A stretch of DNA of 64,000 nt from Eledone cirrhosa (Eukaryota). The stretch is from NCBI GenBank assembly GCA_964016885.1, contig OZ024745.1:29822001-29886000 (forward strand). Reading direction: 5' to 3'. The position numbers and the translations under genes were made by a program. The notes below the pieces were generated by a model, which searched no databases, was not told the origin of the DNA, and saw nothing but the letters and a program-made list of their open reading frames with translations. Every line of letters starts with the position of its first letter. Position 1 is the stretch's first letter. This document shows positions 55,732 through 64,000 of the stretch, piece after piece.

Positions 55732-57119
55732 TATATAGTAAAGAGTGCGCTAGCAACCAAAGTGTATGATAAAGTTATTATCTGTATAAATACAGTGTAT
55801 AACCATGACTACACCAAAGTGTATAAATATATACACATATCTAATATGTAGGCATGTAAACGTAACAGAAAATATGAATTTCACATATTTTCTTGCATGT
55901 TTACATACCTACCTATTAGATATATGTATATATTTATACATGTTGGTGCAGTCTCGGGAATAACTTTATAATAAACTACAGCTGCTAGTATACTCTGTAC
56001 TATATATCTTAATTAATTACCAACACGAGCACTAATTATATGCAAATTAATATGCCAATTTCAGAATAATACTAAGAGCAAATGGATATATATTTAGCAA
56101 TAAGTTTTTGTTTGGTTATAGATATATAATGTATTATTGATGTAGTGTGTGAAGAGTTGGTGTGGGTTTGGTATTATTGTTCACTCTGGCATGGCAGATG
56201 TTGTAGTAGTAATGTTGGCTTGATGGAGCATTCTGTGAATTGCTCTCTCCTGTGGGAATGTTTGTGACTTTATGGCAAATGAACTGAGTGTGTGTGTCTC
56301 AGTGAGTCGAGATGTGTGGCTGTATTCATTGCTATAGCCAGTAGTTGGAAGTTGAAGGTTAAAAGGGAAGCAGCCATTAACAATATCCAATGAACAATAA
56401 CAATCATTGCAACTATAATAATTTTTATTAAAAAAAAACTTACGTCGAAGTTAATTTGACAATACAGGAAAATAACAAGGAACCAAGTGAATTGTGTATT
56501 ATGTTTATGTGGTTGGTTTGTGTGAATGCAGTGGTATTCTGACAAGATGCATTGAACTAACCTTTATTGAGGTGCCAACCTTGTCGAGAGGGTTAGAGGG
56601 TTTGGTTAAGTGCTACGTCTCTCTACTTACTAGAGCAGCTCTGGGTGCCAACCCTGTTGAGAGGGCTGAAGTGTTTGGCTAAGCGCTATGTCCCTCTATC
56701 TTCTAGAGCAGCTCCGTGTGGTGTCGTTCACTTCCAAGAGCAGAATGTACTAAAGACAGTCTTGTCTTTGATAAACTGTAAATGACCTAGTGGGATACTT
56801 TCCCCAGACAAACTGATGACAACAATTCAAAAAGAAAAGTAAAATGAACATTGTGGGAAAATATGAAGAGATTTTGCTACATATATTCCCATAAAATACA
56901 TATTTCCTAGTGGTTGATTAGATGATATACACGTCTTCTGATGAGGGTCCAATACGATCCAAAAATCGATTAAATATGTTTTTAATCTTTTAAATTTTAT
57001 GGGAAATTCATATTTTCTGGCATGTTTACATGCCTCCAAATTAGATATGTGTATATATTTATACACTTCGGTGCAGTCTCGATTACACACTGTGTTTATA
57101 TAGATTTAACTTTATCATA

Positions 57120-57390
57120 TATAAAAACAAATGAGGTCGTGTAGGTGTCGCAACAAAAAACACACACAGTCCAGGTTGTAATGTGGTCGTATAGGTAACA
57201 CGGTAAAAAGCTCCCAGTCCACACTGTAAATGTGGTTGGTGTTAGGAAGGATATCCAGCCGTAGAAAACCTGCCAGATAGTCCTATACGAGCGAGACATG
57301 GTCACCCGACCAATCTTGCCTCAAGTGGGACAACTCTCATCTAAACCATGCTAGCGTGGAAGATAGACCTTAAACGATGATGATGATGAT
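57120..57390 (+). mobile_element. RTE 3' UTR fragment
   Basis: Matches 21325-21590 and 14440-14700, with (GAT)n tail. Confidence 0.8.
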
Positions 57391-58502
57391 AATAAACAAA
57401 CATTGTGTGTGAGGCTTGAATTTTCAAACATACTATGCTATGCTTTAAGGAGTGTATTTTATCATGGCACCAACATCAGTGAAGTTGTTGGTAATAGTAG
57501 TGGTGGTAGTGGTGGTGTTGGTAGTGGTGGTGTTGGTAGTGTTGGTGTTAGTAGTGGTAGTGGTAGTGGTGATGATGCTGATTCATGAAGTCATATATGC
57601 AATGATATTGTTGGTGTGTTTCAAGGTTTGCCCTTTGAATTACAGGTACAGCCTGTATGACAGTATATGTAGCTCAGCATTCCACCAACATGTGTATCCT
57701 TAATGTGATTGTCAGGGATATTTCACATGGTAGTACGCGACAAGGATAGCATTTTACATTACAGGTACAATCTATTTTGTATTATAGAGAAAGTGGCTGA
57801 GTATTTCAGAGGCCCATGTGCACGTAACATAATTCTCAGGGAGACTCAGCATTACACTCTGTGTGACAAGGCTGACCGTTTGAATTAAGGGTACAGCCCA
57901 TCTTGGATTATAGTGTATCTTGCTGACACGTGTATCTTTAATATAATTCTCAGGGAGATTCCACATGACACTGTATATGACAAGGCTGGCTCTTTTGAAT
58001 ATCAGATACACCTACATTTTCTCAGCTGATTGGACTTGAATCAGAAGAAATAAAGTGTCTTGTTGAGGGGCACAACATGTCAGTGGGAATCAGACTTACA
58101 ACCTTACAATCATGAGCCCAAACACTTTAACCTTTAAGCCACGTCTTCACTAAGTAATAAATAAATAGAAACATTATCTTTTTGTGGCCACAAAGCAGTT
58201 AGTGTATGTATTTCAGTGCAGAAGTAAATAATAAAGTAGAAAATCAAACTTTCCAGTTGTTGTCTTCCTGTTTCTTCTACAACAACTACAACGGTACGCG
58301 ACGGGGCCCACCCACAGCCCCGGCAGACAGAGTGAGATGAATTGTGTTGCCACCTAGTGTTGTTAGGACATTAAACAACAACAGCAACAGCTGTGTGTGT
58401 AAAGTGAGTAGCAAGCCATTCGCTGCCATACTTATGGCTAAGACTAATAATTAATTTACAAGTCATACACCAAATGTTATATTTTTAATTCACACATCAA
58501 CT

Positions 58503-59220
58503 TGGTGGTGTTGGTATTGGTAGTGGTGGTAGTGATGGTAGTAGTGGAGGCAGTGATGGTGGTAGTAATGTTGGTGGTAGTGGTTGTGATAGTTGTGTTG
58601 GTAATAGTGGTAGTGGTAGTAGTGTTGGTGGTAGTGGCTGTGATAGTTGTGTTGGTAATAGTGGTAGTGGTAGTAGTGTTGGTGGTAGTGGCTGTGATAG
58701 TTGTGTTGGTAATAGTGGTAGTGGTAGTAGTGTTGGTGGTAGTGGCTGTGATAGTTGTGTTGGTAGTAGTGGTAGTAGTGTTGGTGGTAGTGGCTGTGAT
58801 AGTTGTGTTGGTAATAGTGGTAGTGGTAGTGGTGTTGGTGGTAGTGGTAGTAGTGTTGGTGGTAGTGGCTGTGATAGTTGTGTTGGTAATAGTGGTAGTG
58901 GTAGTGGTGTTGGTGGTAGTGGCTGTGATAGTTGTGTTTGTAATAGTGGTAGTGGTAGTAGTGTTGGTGGTAGTGGCTGTGATAGTTGTGTTTGTAATAG
59001 TGGTAGTGGTAGTAGTGTTGGTGGTAGTGGCTGTGATAGTTGTGTTGGTAATAGTGGTAGTGGTGTTGGTGGTAGTGGCTGTGATAGTTGTGTTTGTAAT
59101 AGTGGTAGTGGTAGTAGTGTTGGTGGTAGTGGCTGTGATAGTTGTGTTGGTAATAGTGGTAGTGGTAGTAGTGTTGGTGGTAGTGGCTGTGATAGTTATG
59201 TTAGTAATAGTGGTATTAGT
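58503..59220. repeat. Minisatellite, about 54 bp unit built from GTN triplets
   Basis: Unit gtagtggctgtgatagttgtgttggtaatagtggtagtggtagtagtgttggtg. Confidence 0.92.
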
Positions 59221-59317
59221 ACCACCATACTTAACACCACAACGATACCTTAAACAGGAAGCTTTCTGATTGGTCAACCACATACATCATATTTTAACTT
59301 TCTCCCAGTCCTCATTG

Positions 59318-61063
59318 TCATCATCATCATCAACGTTTAACGTCCGTGTTCCACGCTTGCATGGGTTTGGACGGGGGTATTCCCACTTGAGGCAAGAGTG
59401 ATTGTCTTGCTCGCATAGGACTGTCTGGCAGGTTTTCTACAGTTGGATGCCCTTCCTAACACCAACCACATTTACAGTGTGAGTCTGGGAGGTTTTTACC
59501 TTGTTGCCTACACGGCCACATTACAGCGTGGACTGTGTGTTTTTTTGTCGTGACACCTACACGATCTCCTTTGTTTCCGCCTGGATGGTGTGGCACCAAC
59601 ATAACTTTACATAGAAGGGGGCGGTGTGGATGGGGTGGGGGTGGTGGGACGGGGGTGTATTTTGTTAGAGATGCCTTATGACTGTAGTAGGTTTTACTTT
59701 GTATTTAGGTAAGGCGGGTCTTCTCTATTACTGAGTACCGCCAAAGGTCTCGGTCCAGTGACATTGTCTTGGTGAGGTGTAAGTGTGTGAGGTCAGAGTT
59801 TGTCAGCTCGTCCCAGGTTTTTCTGGGTCTGCCTATTCCGTGGCTACCGTCTATCTTTATTGCCCTGCACTTTGTTATACAGCTATCGTCCTTCATGCGC
59901 ATCACGTGACCATACCAACGTAGCCTTCTCTCTAGTAAACAATATCTGATCCCTCTTATTTCTAATTTTTTCCTTAGTTCGTTTATGCTTTGTCGTTCAC
60001 GTATATTACTATTACACATCCAGCGGAGCATGCAAGCTTCGTTTCTCTCTAGTCTGCGTATATCCTCTGCACACAATGCCCAGGTCTCACTGCCATGCAA
60101 CATTGCTGTTCGTATGCAGGCATCGTACAGCCTGCCTTTCATTTTTAGGGAGAACCCTTTAGCGGCTTATAGTGGTATAAGCTCTCTGAACTTTTTCCAC
60201 CCAGTTCTGACTCTAGCTACTGTACTTTCAGAGCACCCTCCCCCACTGCTGATTTTGTCACCCAGGTAACGGAAGCTGTCCACTATTTCTATAGAACCCT
60301 CTGCGCAGTTGAAAGAGCTAGTATTTTGTGGGCATTTGCTGCTACTTATTTCCCCAGAACACCGGCCACATGTAAAATCTATGTTCTTAGTTAGCTTACC
60401 TGTGATCCCACTACATCTTTTATGCACCCAAACTTTGCATTTGGGACACAAAATGGAATTTCTACCTACGCCTTTCCTACACTCTGCGCATGGCCACTTC
60501 CCGGAAGGGGACCGCCGCCTTATTTTCTTTCTTACAAACTAGAACTTTAGTCTTAGCCAGGTTAATTTTAAGGCCTTTTGATTCTAGGCCGTGCTTCCAT
60601 GTTTGGAATTTCTTCTCTAGCTCGGCCATTGATTCAGCTATGAGCGTTAGATCATCTGCGTATAGGAGTTCCCATGGGCAGCCGGTCTTGAACTCCACTG
60701 TTATAGCCTGGAGGGCAATAATAAATAGTAGGGGGCTAAGAACAGAGCCCTGATGAACACCAACTTTTACACTAAACTCTTCACTATATTCGTTGTTAAT
60801 TCTAACCTTGCTGACTGTTTCTTTATACATGGCTTGTATAGCTCTCACAAGCCATTCATCAACACCTAGTTTTCTAAGAGCTCACCAGATAATGGAACGG
60901 GGGACTCTGTCGAAGGCCTTCTCCAAGTCGACGAAAGCTAAGTATAGGGGTTTACTTTTAGCTAGGTACTTCTCCTGTAGTTGTCGTACAATGAAAAGAG
61001 CATCTGTGGTACTTTTTCCTGACACAAACCCGAACTGCATTTCATCTAGATCAATTCGCTCTA
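59318..61063 (-). mobile_element. 5'-truncated copy of the same RTE family
   Basis: Frameshifted ORFs 60477-60848, 60167-60451 and 59705-60142 closely match the 14998-16221 and 20752-21189 proteins; same tail. Confidence 0.93.
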
Positions 61064-61760
61064 CAGAAATGTGTCACAGTTCACTCAGTGAGAAGATATT
61101 ACAGGTCACTACATATTTATTTCTGGTGAACTGAATCTATGTGACACAATATTTGTGACAAGGCTGCGTCTTTGAATTACAGGTACGTTCTATTCAATGG
61201 GCTTCCACACAGTTTCTGTCTGCCCAATCTCACTCACTAGACTTGAGTCATTCTAAGACTATGGTACAGACACTTCCCTGACATACTATTCAGTCATGCT
61301 GGTCATTACATATTTATTTCTTGTGTGCTATTTTTTCCTGGGCAATATGTTAACATGAATTATTTGTTCTTTTTCTAGTTTGACAACCTAATATGTCAGT
61401 GTTACATCATGTAACACACACACATTTCTATACAGGTAATACAATACTAGCCACCATTCCTATTACATTTAAAACAACTGAGCTATTGTTCTTCTTGGCC
61501 AGCAGATCTATGAACAGAGAGCCCTAGAAAACATTTTGTCATTTTGTAACAAGGAGCCTAAGCTAATTTCCTTCAATGACACTGAAATACAGAACACCTT
61601 TCACAGGACAACCTAGTCTAATTCATTAGTTCTGAGACATAAATAGTATGATGGCGATGAATTTGTTTTGTAAGGTTTTTGATATGAAATCGTGTGTTGA
61701 AACAAATATTGTTATATTTGGGGATTGTCATATTGTTATAATATTGCCAGAAATAATAAT

Positions 61761-61942
61761 TGTTTCTACTTTTGGCACAAGACCAGAAATTATTCCAGGT
61801 ATTACTGGTACTTTATTTTATCGACCCCGTAAGGATGGAAGATAAAGTTAACCTCGGCGGGATTTGAACTCAGATCATAAAGGGCCGTAACTCTTTGCTG
61901 CAAAGCATGGCATCCGACCCTCTACCGCTACTGCCAATCCAC
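61761..61942 (-). mobile_element. SINE family 2 copy with 16 bp TSD
   Basis: TGCCAGAAATAATAAT at 61745-61760 and 61943-61958; it interrupts a repeat also seen at about 33540-33695. Confidence 0.87.
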
Positions 61943-63229
61943 TGCCAGAAATAATAATAAAACACACTCAGTGGTTTAGGTTGGTTTTTGCTTCCGTATA
62001 TCACTATAGTTAATTTAATCAATGATAAACATCAATTGATGTTTATCATTGATTGGCCAACTGATAGCCTACAAAGTTCTTTCATTACACCTGTGACATC
62101 ATCAGTGGTACTAATATGTTTCCTCCCGTTGCAACATTGTAATACAATACAATGTTGTATTGCAATACAATATAATGGGAGGGAACAGTTCTAAGAACTT
62201 ACATTTCACTGCTGGTTTAGATCTATTATCAGCTCTGTGGCGGCCTACATTTGGACATGGTGGTAGTTTATCACCCCAGATGGATGAAAGATAAAGTTGA
62301 CCACAGCAAGATTGGGGCACAGAACATAAGGAGCTAAAATAAATACTGGATAAACATTTTATCCAATATCCTCACACTTCTGCCAATTTGCCACCTATTA
62401 ATGAAAAGAGAGGAATTGGAACTTAGGAAACACCCTAACTACTTAGCTCTGTGCCTTTATTGTGCTACTAACACTGTAGTATGTATCACTAACTTCAGTA
62501 CCTATATAGCTGATGTGTATGTGTGCATACGTGTGTGTGCATGTGTATGTGTGTCTACATGCATGGGTGTGTGTCTACATACATGGGTGTGTGTGTATCT
62601 GCATGTCTGTGTGTGTGTGTATTGGACCTCTGTCAGTTCCGATGACAGGTATTCCAGTTGTTTAAACGATGAAACAGACTGCTCATGAAATTAATGTGCA
62701 AGTGTCTGAGCATTCTACAGACAGACACCTGCATCCTTAATGTATTTCTCAGGGAGATTCAGCCTGACACAGTGTGTAACAAACACTGGGACCATTTGAA
62801 TTACATGTACAACACATTTTTTGCTGGCTGAGTGAACTGGAGCAATATGAAATAAAGTATCTTGCTCAAGGATACAACAGGTAACCAGGAATTGAACTCA
62901 CAACCTGACACTTGCAAGTCAAGCTCCCAACCACTAAGCCATCTCACTGCCACTAACACTATAGTGCTATATAAACCACTAACGCCACTAGTAACTAGGT
63001 AATGTGTACTACTAACAGAGTACTATTTATAAATTCTTGTAAGTTAAGTAATCACTGTAAGAGTACCCAGCTGTTTTACCATTTTTTTCATGAGAGGAGG
63101 AAGTGCTGTTGTTTATTAAAAACCCTGGGGTAATTTAATGAACAGATGTGCATTTGGTGAAGGGCTTAAGGGCTCTGATATAACTGTAGGGTGGGGGAGC
63201 ATAGATATTGAAGGATACTGGTAATAGAT

Positions 63230-64000
63230 GTGTGTGTGTATGTGATATACCTGTGTTGATGTATATGTATGTAACTCTAGGTGTATGTGTGTGATATATG
63301 TGTGGAAGTATATGTAACTATAGTTGTGTGTGTGATATATACTTCTGTGGATGTATATGTATGTAATTATTGTTGTGTGTATATGTGTGTGATGTAGCTG
63401 TGTTGATGTATATATATGTCACTATAGCTGTGTGTGTGATATACCTGTGTGGGTGTATATGTTACTATAGTTGTGTGTGTGATATACCTGTGTGGGTGTA
63501 TATGTCACTATAGTTGTGTGTGTGATATACCTGTGTGGATGTATATGTCACTATAGCTGTGTGTGTGATATACCTGTGTGAATGTATATGTCACTATAGC
63601 TGTGTGTGTGATATACCTGTGTGGTTGTATATGTCACTATAGTTGTGTGTGTGATATACCTGTGTGGATGTATATGTCACTATAGTTGTGTGTGTGATAT
63701 ACCTGTGTGGATGTATATGTCACTATAGTTGTGTGTGTGATATACCTGTGTGGATGTATATGTCACTATAGCTGTGTGTGTGATATACCTGTGTGAATGT
63801 ATATGTCACTATAGCTGTGTGTGTGATATACCTGTGTGGGTGTATATGTCACTATAGTTGTGTGTGTGATATGCCTGTGTGGGTGTATATGTCACTATAG
63901 TTGTGTGTGTGATATGCCTGTGTGGATGTATATGTCACTATAGCTGTGTGTGTGATATACCTGTGTGAATGTATATGTCACTATAGCTGTGTGTGTGATA
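63230..64000. repeat. Minisatellite, 41-43 bp unit, runs off the window end
   Basis: Unit gtatatgtcactatag(c/t)tgtgtgtgtgatatacctgtgtggat. Confidence 0.93.

Noticed and set aside
56181-56390. 69 aa minus-strand ORF in apparently unique sequence
   Set aside because: No recognisable domain or splice support.
58477-59283. 268 aa Thr-rich mucin-like ORF and antisense poly-Val ORF
   Set aside because: Entirely a triplet-derived 54 bp minisatellite; no signal peptide or splice context seen.

Overview
AT-rich, microsatellite-saturated animal genomic DNA. The SINE/LINE repertoire suggests a cephalopod, probably Octopus (inference). The only well-supported host gene is on the + strand: eight GT-AG exons at 370-29245, splicing in frame to about 360 codons. 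They encode the C-terminal part of one adenylate-kinase-fold domain and a complete second one, and most canonical catalytic residues appear replaced. The rest is transposon-derived: Tx1-type LINEs sitting in (TATC)n tracts, RTE LINEs with a PHD-like insert or C2H2 fingers, CR1 and CRE-type remnants, a decayed mariner, an ORF-intact DD36E Tc1-like element, non-autonomous Helitrons, MITEs and two tRNA-SINE families. The most striking non-obvious signal is about 14 type I hammerhead-ribozyme motifs (intact to degenerate) read by eye. Many lie in short fold-back (palindromic) elements or inverted terminal repeats related to Penelope-like (Naiad-type) retroelements, and three are on the sense strand of one host intron. 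Exon, TIR and ribozyme coordinates were counted from the sequence; boundaries of decayed repeats are approximate. No database searches or folding programs were run.
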